Source of the DNA: Chiloscyllium plagiosum
Taxonomy: Eukaryota
DNA length: 64,000 nt
Assembly: GCF_004010195.1 (NCBI RefSeq)
Contig: NC_057720.1
Location: forward strand, 30,562,927-30,626,926
Direction: 5' to 3'
Part shown: in pieces, positions 37,145 through 49,692 of the stretch
Layout: each line of letters begins with the position of its first letter
How positions within the stretch are numbered: position 1 is the stretch's first letter
Translations under genes and position numbers: made by a program
Notes under the pieces: generated by a model
What the model was told of the DNA's origin: nothing
What the model saw: the letters and a program-made list of their open reading frames with translations, nothing else
The model's database searches: none

Positions 37145-38529
37145 GTACACAGTGCTCATAATGACATTCACTAACACCAGCAGGGAGGATGAGTGTAAGG
37201 GCACAAACGGTTGGTACAGCATTTTCGGTCATGGGATCAATTCACATTTCCCAGTGTCTAGGGGAATTGCCAGTTTTAGTTGTTTGTAGCTTTACTGGAA
37301 ATCTACAGTTTAAACACAGCAGAGAAATTTTACATCACCATCTCATTATTCAACATCTTATCTGAATATTATTTCTTAAGCATAGTGTCCCTTTTTTTCG
37401 AGTGGGGCAGTTACTTAGTATTGCTGAGAAAAGGCAAGATGATGAAGCTTTTTCTTTTGCACTCATCAGGACAATTTGCCAATAAAGGGAAAAAACCAAC
37501 ATTGATCCTATTTTTTGAGAGGAGAGTGTCAATTGGTTGGATTCTTCTGTCATATAAAATGTTGTTTTTGTCCTTGTAGTATTCCTGTAGGTTATTTTGA
37601 GTTAAAGACAAAAAGTGCCTTGGTTCAGCAATGTGCAAGTATTATACCTACCAATTTTTTTTCCTAGTTGTCTCCTTCATTTGATTTATTGGAAATGAAC
37701 TAGCTGTATACAGGAATCATTCTACTATCCTGGTGTTGTCACTTCTCTGAGCTTGGTGTTGTAAATGATGAGGCTCCAGTTTAAATCATTAGCTTGTGAT
37801 TGCCAAACCAGCTATTTTCCAATGTTTTGATCTATTTCTTTGAGCCTCTTTCTTTTTTGAGGTGAGATTTAAGATGAGCTTCTTCAGTCAAGGCATTACA
37901 ATACTTTGGCGTTTTCTATCCCCAGAGACCAGTAAAGGCCAGACATGAATGTATTTAGAATAGGCTTTGATAGATTTATGTGAATCAAGGAATACAGGGA
38001 GTGTGCAGGAAGATGGAGGTGAGATGGAACTACAACCACCACTCTGCTGATTAAAGCAGAGCAAGCTTCAATGGCAAATGGCCTGTGCTCCTCCTATCTC
38101 CTGGGATACAATTTTTTTTTTTTTGTAACACTATCCTGAACAGCTACCTCCCTGAAATGAGCTCTCCATTCTAAGCTACATGAAAGTTAAACTTTGAAAA
38201 CATCCTGTTTTTACGATGATGGTACACAACTGAGTTCATTCAAACATGAAACACAGGTTATAGTCCAACAGGTTTATTTGGAAGTACAAGCTTTTGGAGT
38301 GCTGCTCCTTCATCGGGTAGCTAATGGGGCAGGATCATAGGACACAGAACTTATAGCAAAATATCCTTTGCTGATCATTGTGGTTTTTAACATTTTGTCC
38401 ACCCCAGACCAACACCAGCACCTCCACATCAGGGCCATTCAAACATGGCAAGCATTTTTTTTTCTTGTATGAATCAATGTCTCGTCATCCTATTTAACTT
38501 TGCATTTGAACTTTCTTCATTCTTGACAG

Positions 38530-38700
38530 GCATTGCAGCAATGCTAATGAATGCTGACCCCAATATAACCGTGTCTGAATTACGCCAGAGACTAATTCAT
38601 TATTCCACAAAGAATGCAATCAATGATGTCTGGTTTCCAGAGGAACAGCGACTCCTCACACCCAACAGAATTGCACGATTGGGTTCTCCTGGGCTAATGG
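38530..38700 (+). CDS. PCSK9: PCSK9 exon 8
   Basis: acag|GC...ATG G|gtaagt, 171 nt. IAAMLMNADPNITVSELRQRLIHYS...WFPEEQRLLTPN. Confidence 0.96.
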
Positions 38701-39324
38701 GTAAGTTACTCACTCATATTGAATCAGTCATGATATTCCCAAATGTAATCGATCCCATATAGCATTATCATTTGGTTTTTTAACAAGTGCCTTTCAGGAT
38801 TTTTGTTTATTATTATCAATTACTATGAATATTCTGGTATTGAGACTTATTTGTGCTCAAAGTGCAAACTCTGTAGATACATGGTACAGGGAAACAGGAA
38901 TAGAGACATACCACAAGCCAGTCTTTAAACATTTATTTCTTATTGTTCGTAGATCATTTTGGAAAAAAAAGATCTGATTTGAGACAAAAAGAAATGCATG
39001 TCAGTAATATATTTAAAATTCTTGTTTGGCTGTGTTTTGTGACACTCACCATCCAAGTTTACAATACTAATGGTTACAATGTTTGACTCAATTCCGAAAT
39101 GATGATTTCAAATTCTGCTGAATTTGGTGATCTGTGGGCTGGCATCAGATAAAGTGACTATGGGGTTTGAGCTACTCTTACCAGTGATTTGGGTTTTGTT
39201 GTGCGTAACTCTACAGCGGGGTGTATCCAGTTGAATTTACGTATGAGTAGTCTTCCTTGTAGGGAAGCTGCACTCTTACACTCCTGGAAAGTTCAGGGTC
39301 TTTGCTTATGGTAGATATTATCCC

Positions 39325-39725
39325 TAAAGGAAGGATGTTGTGAAACTTGATAGGGTTCAGAAAAGATGTACAAGGATGTTGCCAGGGTTGGAGGGTTTGA
39401 GCAAAGGGAGAGACTAAATAGCCTGGGGCTGTTTTCCCTGGTGTTGGAGGCTGAAGGATGACCTTTTCGAGGTTAATAATATCATGAGGGGGCGTGGATA
39501 GGGTAAATAGACAAGGTATTTTCCCTGGGGTGGGGGAGTCCAGAACAGGGCACAGGTTTAGAGTGAGAGGGGAAAGACAAAAGGGACTGACGGTGCAACT
39601 TTTTCGTGTGTGTGAGTGAAGTGTTGGCAAATGGGACTACATTGGTTTTGGATATGTGGTTGGCATGGATGCATTGGACTGAAGGGTCTGTTTCTGTGCT
39701 GTGCGTCTCTTTGACTCTATGACTT
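39325..39725 (+). mobile_element. CR1/HER1-like 3' fragment, PCSK9 intron 8
   Basis: Similar to the other CR1 3' ends; GACTCTATGACT tail. Confidence 0.85.
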
Positions 39726-39812
39726 CAGTAAACACTTCTTGGCCACACCAAAATCATAGTGAAAGATGAAAATCTGGATAGGTAGTTGTTTCCATCTTTT
39801 TTCTTTCCACAG

Positions 39813-39961
39813 GGAACCAGCTACTCTGCCGGACAGCATGGTCAAAGAGGTCAGGGCTTGCACACTCTGCTAAAGCCGTAGTGCACTGTAATGAGAATGA
39901 GGAAATGTTCAGCTGTTCAAGTTTCTCGAAGAATGGTAAAAGAAGGGGTGAACGTATAGAG
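39813..39961 (+). CDS. PCSK9: PCSK9 exon 9 (Cys/His-rich domain, module 1)
   Basis: acag|GG...GAG|gtaaga, 149 nt. QLLCRTAWSKRSG...EEMFSCSSFSKNGKRRGERIE. Read manually. Confidence 0.96.
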
Positions 39962-40851
39962 GTAAGAGATTAAGGGTATAATGGTGTAAACTCTTAAATC
40001 ACAATTAAACTGAAACAAGAGGGAAGGATAATTATTTGTAAAGGCTCATTATGAAATTGAGGACAGAGTGAGTACTAGAATAAGTGAGACCTGCTTAAAG
40101 GCAGGTTTGTTCAAAAACATACAAGCAAAAGTCAATGTATTGTTGAAAGAACGGGGAAAGAAATCTTAGACAAGAAATGGTTCTTTATATTTAACTGGCA
40201 AAATGTCTCAGAAGTGCCTGCCTGCCTGCCCTTAGAGATTCCGTGTTGAGGTGTATTGTGCTTTAGAGTTTGCAGCAAAGAAGGTTGTTTTATTATTGAG
40301 CGGAAGGACAATATATTGTACATCCTGGCTTCCACTCCCAATTTGCCAATCTATCTTCCTCATGCATCAGATTCCAAAACGGCAATTTCCATACTCCTGG
40401 TGGGGGAGGGGAAAAATTCATCAGGAAAGCTGGATGGAAATTCTCAGCAGATAAAGATTCGTTTACTCATAACTGTCCCTTGTGGCTTCTCTTGTTTTAA
40501 TTAGTACCATATTACATAACCTTTTTAGAGCTGCTAACATATTTCCCTGAACCTAGAATTTGCTGTTTCATTTTTATTTGAAATGTTTACAATTGTAATT
40601 AGATTTAAAAATGGAAGAACAAAATGAAATTGGGGATAAAGTCTTGTTGTGCATTTGTTTTTGTGCATTAGTGTTATCTAGAGCTGAAGGATATCTACTG
40701 TGGGTTTTATAAAGGCATGGTCACTTATGCTGCTCCTGTTTGTCATGGCATAACATACACTTAACAGTTTTCTTCCATTTTCTTTAAATTGATAGGTGCT
40801 ATCGCAGGTGCTGCAAAAACTTTTTTTCTATTTTTGCCATTTGTACTCTAG

Positions 40852-41023
40852 GAAACCAAAGGGATGAGGAAATGCATAGCTCATAATGCCTTTGGCAGTC
40901 AGGGAGTTTATGCAGTCGCTAGGTGCTGCATATGGCCAAGAGCTGAATGTCTCGTTAATAGCAGTTCTGTGGTTGGTGCGAGACAAATGGCAGGCTGCCT
41001 ACACAAGGGCTATGTCCTCACTG
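40852..41023 (+). CDS. PCSK9: PCSK9 exon 10
   Basis: ctag|GAA...ACT G|gtaagt, 172 nt. KCIAHNAFGSQGVYAVARCC...GYVLT. Read manually. Confidence 0.96.
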
Positions 41024-41702
41024 GTAAGTGATGTTTTCAGAGTATTCTAATAGGCTTGGATCTGATAATGACCAATGTCGCAAAACCGAAATACAAAGGG
41101 TTCCAAATTTGAAATGAGCTTTCTAATAGTCCATTCTTGCTAAATAACACACTGGCCAATTCTTACCTTGACTTTCAAGCAGCTTGAGAGAATACTTTCA
41201 CCACATGGTGTGTGAATTCCTGGTTTGTTAATTCTGTACGACATTTTGTCTAGCAGTTACTGGACAATCTAGTTGGCCTTTGCATATACAGATCCCAGAA
41301 ATTTGATGGTCCCTGCTGTAGTCACTCAATGCAACTTGCTGGTGCTTTCCACTATGGAAGTGGGTGCTCCTAAATCACAACACCCGTGAATAGTAGAAGT
41401 GCCAGAATGGCTAGTTGAGTTGGGTAGCCAGATGGTGGATGCCATGGTCTGTGGAAAAGGAGTGAGGGTGACATGTACCCATATATATCACCTTGGGATG
41501 CAGTTTGGTCATCGGCAATATGGTGTTTCAGAGTAAGTTGTGAGCTGAATCCTCAAGATACCCACTCTGTTGTCCTTGCTAAACTTTTTTTGTTTTGGTA
41601 AGTGGGTGAATCTTTAAGATGAGTTGTAGCGGTAACAAGATATTAAACAAGCATCTTGCCACTGTCCAGTAAGGATCTTGTCACTGTTGGTACAAAATAT
41701 AT

Positions 41703-42020
41703 GGGTGGCATGGTGGCACAGTGGTTAGCACTGATGCCTCAGTGCCAGAGACCAGGGGTCAATTCCCGCCTCAGGCAACTGACTGTGTGGAGTTTGCACA
41801 TTCTCCCTGTGTCTGCGTGGGTTTCCTCCAGGTGTTCCAGTTTCCTCCCACAGTCCAAAAACGTGCAGGTTAGGTGAATTGACCATGCTAAACTGCCCAT
41901 AGTGTTAGGTGAAGGGGTAAATGTAGGGGAATGGGTCTGGGTGGGTTGCTCTTTGGAGGGTCGGTGTGGACTTGTTGGGCCAAAGGGCCTGTTTTCACAC
42001 TGTATGTAATCTAATCTAGT
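41703..42020 (+). mobile_element. HE1-like SINE, PCSK9 intron 10
   Basis: Near full-length copy, GGTGGCACAGTGGTTAGCACTG...TAATCTAATCTA. Confidence 0.88.
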
Positions 42021-42683
42021 CATCTAATCTAGTCATAAAAGATGGAGAGCCATAATTCTGATGTTGAGATAGGCCTTGCTTAATTGTTGCTCAATTCTGC
42101 CCCGCATCTTGCTATACCCAGATCATTTCACACCCCTAAAGGATTCTGCCAACCTGTCACTTTCCACTCTGAGCAATAGAAAGTGGGTAGAACTTTGTTA
42201 GCGATAGGATTACTACTTTCACCTACTTCTAAAGCTAGTGATGATGGAGATTGTAATGTTCACTAGTTGACAATAGGTTATGTCTAGTAAGTTGCACTGG
42301 TATTCTGGCCATCTTACCACAAGCTGCAGTTATCACAGAGGCAAGGAAAAAGTTTTAATTACAGAAAAGGGAGGTAGGAGAGAAAGGAGAGCATAAATCT
42401 TTCTTTCACTGACCTACACAACAATATATGGAATGTATCTCAAAATACAGAGTAAATGAGAATAAAGAATAAGAAATCTGCTAGCTGCAGCATCAGTGCA
42501 AATCACTTCAGAGCTGTATTACCATGTTTCTAGAGTTCTCCAGTGTTAATATTAGTGGGAGGGCCAATTGTGTTCCAGAAGTGTTGGAATTCCATGGTCT
42601 ATATTGAATCTCTGAAACATACTGCACAGCTTCAGTTACTCTAAACGGATACAACGTCTCAGCCTTGCTCTTCTGTATTTCAG

Positions 42684-42847
42684 GCTGCAGCTCACACTCC
42701 CATACAAAGTACAGCGATACAGCAATACCTCAAACAAACCAGCAGTGCACAGGACAAACTGGGATGACCTCACATGCGACATGTTGCCAGGCACCAAGTC
42801 TCGAATGTGAGGTGAAGGACCAGAGATCCACAGACTTACCAGAGGTG
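42684..42847 (+). CDS. PCSK9: PCSK9 exon 11 (3' end 42847 or 42844)
   Basis: tcag|GC; GCSSHS...QCTG...HATCCQAPSLECEVK. The donor is ambiguous (tandem GTGGTG); 42847 gives an ungapped match to the human exon end. Confidence 0.9.
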
Positions 42848-43529
42848 GTGAAATTATGTTCTAAACACTGGCTGATTTTAAAAAAAAAATGTAGCATCAT
42901 TTAATTATTTGAGAGATAAATGGGCAAATCTTAAAGTTTCCAAATGTAGATGTTAAAATTCATTTTGCAGAAGGAAAGCCACAATCTTGGACATGAAAGT
43001 AAAATTTCTACATTTTGTAGAATAACATTAAATCTTCATTTTTAAAACAAGGCCAGGTCCATTCATGAAGAAAATTGTGTAGCTACCAGGCATGTAACTA
43101 AGCCCTTACTTTCACATTCAAACACTAACCTCTTTTGTTTTACATAGTTGCAGTACTCCATGTGTGCCATGCGCCTATACTTGGGTTAAATTTAGACAGA
43201 ACTGGCAATTACCATGCAAAGTGGCAATTACCATTCAACTCCAGTGTCATATCCTGAACCTGACGGTATTTTGTCTTTTAAAAATACGTAAGTTTTTAAT
43301 TAAGTTTGTAGAGGATAAAATTGTAAATCTTGGAATTGCATTTCCGTCTGAGATTTGCACCTACCACGCACTCTCTCCTCCTGTAAAAGATTGACCATTT
43401 AATTAAATGTACATTTTTTGGGTTGTTACAAAATCTGCATGTTGCCAGTTTACCTCACAATCTTCCATAGGCTCACATCTCTACCCTCTTCTGAACAAAG
43501 TCAATTGTGTGGTACTCTAACCCTCTGAT

Positions 43530-45700
43530 CAGTCTGAGTGGCAAAAAATGGCACCGGAAGGGTAAACTTGTAAATAAATTACGATGGATAGCAAGTGTTT
43601 CTTTAAATGTTTTAAAAAAAAAAAATCAGTGACATTGGCCCTTTGGAGAATAGGGAACCAGGATGGTAGAGGATTTGAATAGATACTTTGCATCAGCCTT
43701 CACAGTAAAAGGAAAGGAAATAAATCTGATAATTATCACTAGAGAAGTGCTAGGGCCACTAATGTGGCTAAAGGTCAATCTGATCATTGGAGGGTGGCAA
43801 ATGTTATCCCTCCCTTCAAGAAAGGGAATAGGGATAACTCTGGGAATTACAGAGCAGGCAGTCTTATGTTGGCGGTAAGCAAATTATTGGAGTGGATTCT
43901 GAGTGACAGAATTTGATTATTTGGAAAAACATAGTCAGCATGGCTTTGAGGGGCAGGTCATGCCTCAAGCCTTATTGAATTCTTTAAGGATGTGATGAGA
44001 CATCACTAGATGAAGGTAGAGCAGTGGATGTGGTATTTATGGATTTTTTGCAAGGCATTTAAGGTTCCCCACGGTAGCCTCATTCAGAAAGTAGGGATGT
44101 ATGGGATACAGAAATTTGGCTGGCTTATAGAAGACAGAGGGTGGCAGTTCATGGAAAGTATTTAGCCTGGAGTTCAGTAACCAGGGTGTTCTACAGAGAT
44201 CTGTTCTAGGACATCTGCTCTTTGTGATTTAAAAAAAATATATATAAATGATTTGGAAGTGGAAGGATTGGTTAGTAAGTCTGCCAATGGCACAAAGATT
44301 GGTAGGGTTGTAGATGTTGAAGCCTGCAACAGCCCTCAATATCAAGACATTGACAGGATGCAGAGCTGGACTGAAGTGGCAGATGGAGTTCAACCTGGAG
44401 AAATGCGAAGTGATTCATTTTGGAAGGTTGAATTTGAATACTGAATACAGGGTTAAAGACAGGATTCTTGGCAGTGTGGTGGAACAGCGGGATCTTTGGA
44501 TCCATGTAAATAAATCCCTCATAGCTAATAGGGTTTTTAAGAAGGTGTTGAATGTGTTGGCTTTCATTAACAAGGGGATTGCGTTTAGGAGCTGTGAGGT
44601 TTTGCTGCAGCTCTAGAAAACCCTGGTTCGAGCACACTTGGAATATTGTGTCCAGTTCTGATCACCTCATTATAGGAAAGATGTAGATGCTTTAGAGGGT
44701 GTAGAGGAGATCTACCAGGATGCTGCCTGGATTGGAGGGCTTGTCTTCTGAAGTGAGGTTGAATGAGCTAGGGCTATTCACATTGGAGGGAAGAACCAAG
44801 AGGTGTACAAGGTAATGAGAGGCATAGAGTAGTTAGCCAGCAACTTTTCCCCAGGGCAGAAGTGGCTGTCACGAGGGGTTATAATTTTAAGGTGATTAGT
44901 TGAAGGTATAGGGGAGATGTCAATGGTAGGTTCTTTACTATCACCACTGACCATGCAGTCCACGCAGCCACCAGTCTGAGTAGGGTCTGAGACATTAGGA
45001 ACATTTAAGTGACTGCTGGACAAGGACATGGATGGCAATAAATTAAGAGCTGTGTAGGTTACTTTGATTTTATATTAAGATAAATGCTCAGAATGACATT
45101 GTGGGCCAAAGGGTCTGTGCTGTGCTGTTGCATGTTCTATGTTCTAGAATACTGTGACCAGTTTTTGGCCCCTTACTGAAGGAAAGATCTGCTGGTATTA
45201 GAGGCAGTCAGAAGGTTCACTAGGCTACTGGATTAGGAGGGACTGTTATGAGGAGAGGTTGAGTAGGTTGGGCTTGTACTCATTGGAGTTTAGAAGAATG
45301 ACGTGACCTTATTGAAACACACAATGTTTAGAGGATTTGACAGGATGGATGCAGAAAGTATGTTTCCCTTGGCTCAATTGGCTAAATCTCAGAATAAGGG
45401 ATTGCACTTCTCAAACAGATGGGAAGGAATTTCTTCTCTTGGGGAGTAATAAATCTGTGAAATTTATTTTACCACAGAGGGCTGTTGAGGCTGGCTCATT
45501 GAGTATATTTTAAAGCTGTGAGTGACTTTTTTTTTGTTTTCTTTTTAAAAAAACATATGCATCAGGTAAGGGAATCGGAGTTACGGGGGGGGGGGGGGGG
45601 TAATGGGCACGGTAGGGAGGCAGGAAAGTGGAGTTGATGATTAGCCATGATCTCAAAATGGCAAATCATATTCAATGCGCTATCTCTGCTTTGATGTCTT
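43530..45700 (+). mobile_element. Nested, degraded CR1-family LINE fragments, PCSK9 intron 11
   Basis: WQMEFNLEKCEVIHFG, EQRDL; (GTTCTAT) tail near 45145, followed by a second CR1 3' remnant. Confidence 0.8.
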
Positions 45701-46187
45701 AAATTTTTTAGTCTTTTTTATTTGACTAACAAACAGAGTCAGGTATATTATCAGCAAAATAGAAGGTCAGATAGTTGGGTAGAGGGGTGTTGTTGATTTA
45801 ACTCAGTTAGTTAGCTGGACATTTGCAAAGCAGTGTGGGTTGGCTGAGGTTACCATGAAAGACTCTCCTTGTTAACCTCTCTCCTTGTCTGAGGCGTCGT
45901 GGCCCTCAGGTTAAACCATCACCAATCATCTCTCTCTTGAATGAGAGAGCAGCTCTATGGTCTGGTAAGACTATGGTGACACAACAGAAGGTTGAGATGA
46001 ACTGATCAGTGATAGGCTCAAGTGAAATCCAATTTTTTGGGTGGCCAGAAGTTTTTAAATCAACCATCAATAAACTAAACATTACTTTTACCTGTACTGC
46101 CTCTGCAGTGCTCTCTAGTATTCTACAGTGACCGTCAGATATAATCATTGCCAGATGTTCTTGCCCAGAATAAGACTTAATATTTTC

Positions 46188-46495
46188 GATTAGATTAGCT
46201 TCCCTACAGTGTAGAAACAGGCCCTTTGGCCCAACCAGTCCATACCAACCCTCTGCAGAGTAAACCACCCAGTCCCATTTCCCTCTCACTAACGCACCTA
46301 ACACTATGGGCAATTTAGCATAGTCAATTCACCTGACCTGCACATCTTTGGACTGTGGGAGGAAACTTGAGCACTCGGAGGAAACCCACGCAGACACTGG
46401 GAGAATGTGCAAACACCACACAGAGGCTGGAATCAAACCTGGGACCCTAGTCCTGTGAGGCAGCAGTACTAATCACTAAGCCACCGTGTTGCCCT
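46188..46495 (-). mobile_element. HE1-like SINE, PCSK9 intron 11
   Basis: Reverse-complement match to 41703-42020. Confidence 0.85.
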
Positions 46496-46714
46496 AATGC
46501 GCAGCTGTTAGTTTTTCTGTGCTAAGGATGCTCTCACATTGTTGAAGATGCCTAAAATATTTTGCAAAGGATTTTCTGAACATCATAATAAAGGAACTTG
46601 CCCATTCAATCTAATGGAAAGCTGTGTGAGCACCTAATCTATGCAAAAATCACTGCAAACATTTGATGCAGTGATTGCAGTTCTAACGTTCATAGGTGAT
46701 TAAGTCTGGATAGA

Positions 46715-47025
46715 AGAATCATAGACTTCCGACTGTGCAGATAGAGTTCATTTAGCCCATTGTATCTGCACCAACTTGGACCTCCTATCCCTAAAACCCT
46801 ACACTTAACCCACCAGGCACATGCTCTGATACTATGGAGCAATTCAGTATGGCCAATCCACCTAACCCCCACATCTTTGGACTGTGGGAGGAAACTGGAG
46901 CACCTGGCAGAAACCCACACAGACACAGGAGAACATGCAAATTCCACACAGGCAGTCACCTGAGGCTGGAATTGAACCTGCGTCCTTGATGCGGTGAGGC
47001 AGCATTGCTAATTATTGGGCCACCC
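46715..47025 (-). mobile_element. HE1-related SINE, PCSK9 intron 11
   Basis: Reverse-complement tRNA head and central domain, with a different tail. Confidence 0.78.
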
Positions 47026-47397
47026 TAAGATGAAAAATTTTGAGAAGCTGAAATTAAATTGCATTGGCAATAGAACTTTTTGCAAAAAGAGTTCCTAATC
47101 CCTTTTTTTTTCTTTAAATAGTGTTGTGATTTTTTTTTTTGAAAATATAATTCAATTGTAAAGGCACCAATTCACAGTAATCCTATTAGTGATTTTTAAC
47201 CATAATGATCTTTGTGAGGAAAAACTTGTTGCAACCCAGTGAGATTTGGTTTAGCCTAATAATATTTTCAGTAGCCCACTAGAAATACAACACTACACGC
47301 ATGACAGTTGATGTCCATTGTCCAGATTGATGGGAGTGGATATGATTTGGTTTGTTTGTTGTTTTTCTTTTGCTGACCAGTTGCTTTAAACTTCCAG

Positions 47398-47601
47398 GTG
47401 ACGGTATCATGCGATGAAGGCTGGACACTGACTGGATGCAATGCATACTCCCGTGGCTCTCACACTAATGGAGCATATGCTGTGGATAACACCTGTACAG
47501 TAATTTGTTCAGGAAAAGGGAAAGGTGCTGCAGCTATTGCGATATGCTGCCGCAAACGAAGAAGAGAATTGAAGCATGATCCCAACCTTAATTACAAGTA
47601 A
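47398..47601 (+). CDS. PCSK9: PCSK9 exon 12 (last coding exon)
   Basis: ccag|[17 protein letters not shown]...GAYAVDNTC...[22 protein letters not shown]. The exons sum to 2025 nt, i.e. 674 aa plus stop. Confidence 0.96.
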   Translation: MTVSCDEGWTLTGCNAYSRGSHTNGAYAVDNTCTVICSGKGKGAAAIAICCRKRRRELKHDPNLNYK

Positions 47602-47986
47602 TGTTATACTTAGCTGTCCCTTCCTCCCTTTCCTGCAGCCACAAACCCTTGCTGAGATGCAATTCATTGGGAAAGGGCAGCTCTCTGTTACTTTGCTCAA
47701 GTAGCCATACTTGTTAGATTAGATGGCAAGTGTTGGTTAGCTCTCTGTGTAGGCAGTTGAGTTTAATCTTAACCTGTTTTGGCATTTATATACTTTTATA
47801 GCATCATTCAATGAATAGCAATTGAATGTAAGAAACTGACCATTCTTCATCCAACCCCTCACCCATTCTTTAGAAAGCCACAATGTTAGAAGACAATAAC
47901 GGTTTGATTCAAAGATTTTTTGGGGGGGGACACTTTTTTTTTCTGTTCAATGCCCCAAAACCGTACTGACAGCCTAGAAATAGTTC

Positions 47987-47992
47987 AATAAA
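47987..47992 (+). terminator. Candidate proximal PCSK9 polyadenylation signal
   Basis: First AATAAA downstream of the stop codon that I noted. Confidence 0.4.
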
Positions 47993-48739
47993 GAAGAAAC
48001 AAAATACGAATAGTCATGTAATCTGTGACAGGCCAGTAAGTATAGTGATCCTTTTCATTGTAAATATTTTTCAGCACAGGACGAAATCTTCACATTTAGT
48101 GCTTTAAAGAATACTGAATGGAGGAAAATGCAGTGTGTCGTTCCAAAACACAAAGCATTTGTGAACCTGTCATCCACTTCTACTGCGGGTGTAAAAATGT
48201 CCTTTTTTTTGTATTTTTTCAAATTCAATACTTAAGTCTATTTTCTTTCAAAATCACACACACCAGCTAACAGTACAAGATTGACTCTACCTACAGGTGC
48301 TGAATTAGAATAAGCATCAGAGAAGGTGGTATTTTATACTTTGAGAGATTAATGGAGGAACAGTGGAAGTAAAGAATGAAACTAGTCTATAGGTCTTTGG
48401 GCTGAGCATAATGAGTTTTGTGGTCAAATTTCTTGCTGTTCACTGTACACACGTGCAGGAAAAGCAGCAGCTTGGAGAAGATATTGAAAGGTTATCAACA
48501 GCTCAGGACTGTATCCCACCTCAGTCTGGTTCACTGGGGAGACAGCAAATACACAAAGAAAGGGAAAAATACATTTCACCACAAGCCAACATCAGTGACT
48601 AAGTTTCTGGAGTATCTTCATGAGCCCAAGTTGTTTCTTTTAAAAAAAAAAGTTCATTCACAGGATGTAGGTGTCACTAGCAACACCAGCATTCATTATC
48701 CATTTGTATGGCAGCAAATCGAAAATGGCCTCACAAGCC

Positions 48740-49500
48740 AGAGAGCAGGCAAGAGTAGTGCTGGAAAAGTGTAGCAGGTCAAATAGCATCTGAGGAGCAG
48801 GAGAATCGACGTTTTGGGCAAGAGCCCTTCATCAGGAATGAGGCTTGTGAGCTGAGAGGGTGCAGAGATTGGGGGGGGGGGAAGATAGCTGAGAATGCAA
48901 TAGGTGGATGGAGGTGGGGTAATGGTGAAAGGTCAGAGAGGAGGGTGGAGCGGATTGGTGGGAAGGAAGATGGACAGGTCATGAGGGCGGTGCCAAGTTG
49001 GAAGGTTGGAACTGGGATAAGGTGGGCGGGAGGGGAAATGAGGAAACTGGTGAAGTCCACATTGATGCAGTGTGGTTGGATGGTCCCAACACAGATGATG
49101 AGGCATTCTTCCTCCAGGTGGCAGGTGGTTAGGGTGTAGCGATGGAGGAGGTCCTTGACCTGCATGTCCTTGGCGGAGTGGGAGGGGGAGTTGAAGTGTT
49201 CGGCTACAGGGCGATGGGGTTGGTTGGTGCGGGTGTCCTGGAGATATTTTCTGAAGCGCTCTGCAAGTAGGTGTCCTGTCTCACCGGTGTAGGAGAGATT
49301 GCAGTGGGAGCAACAGATAGAGTAAATGTGGAAGTGCAAGTAAAACTCTGATGCATGTGGAAAGCTCCTTTGGGGCCTTGGATGNNNNNNNNNNNNNNNN
49401 NNNNNNNNNNNNGGCGACTTAGAGGGGGGGGGGGGGGGGGAAGAGGAGGGAGGTTGGGGAGGAGGAGGTATGGGCACAGGTTTTGTAATTCCTATGGTGG
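48740..49500 (-). mobile_element. Penelope-like element 3' fragment downstream of the PCSK9 stop (contains gap N 49385-49412)
   Basis: Minus-strand YSICCSHC..YTGETG..LAERFR...VAEHFNSPSH; close relative of 30156-30828. Confidence 0.88.
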
Positions 49501-49686
49501 CAGGGAAAGAAAGTGGGCAAGAATTGATTAACCTCATTTCTGGAGGTCTGGTATCACATTTGAGCACCAAAATGTCCTACTGTTCCACCGAATTCCATTT
49601 GCTCTGAATGTTTGTAAATACTTTTGAGGATGTGTGATTACACTTTACATTTTTGTACTGATTTTTGTATGCTTGACACGGTTATT

Positions 49687-49692
49687 AATAAA
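49687..49692 (+). terminator. Candidate distal PCSK9 polyadenylation signal
   Basis: AATAAA preceded by several TGTA motifs and followed by T-rich sequence. Confidence 0.45.

Noticed and set aside
41703..41775. tRNA-like A/B boxes as a tRNA gene
   Set aside because: It is the head of an HE1-like SINE and continues into the SINE body.
48779..49570. 263-aa proline-rich ORF on the minus strand
   Set aside because: Chimera of a G-run, an assembly gap and a PLE GIY-YIG remnant.
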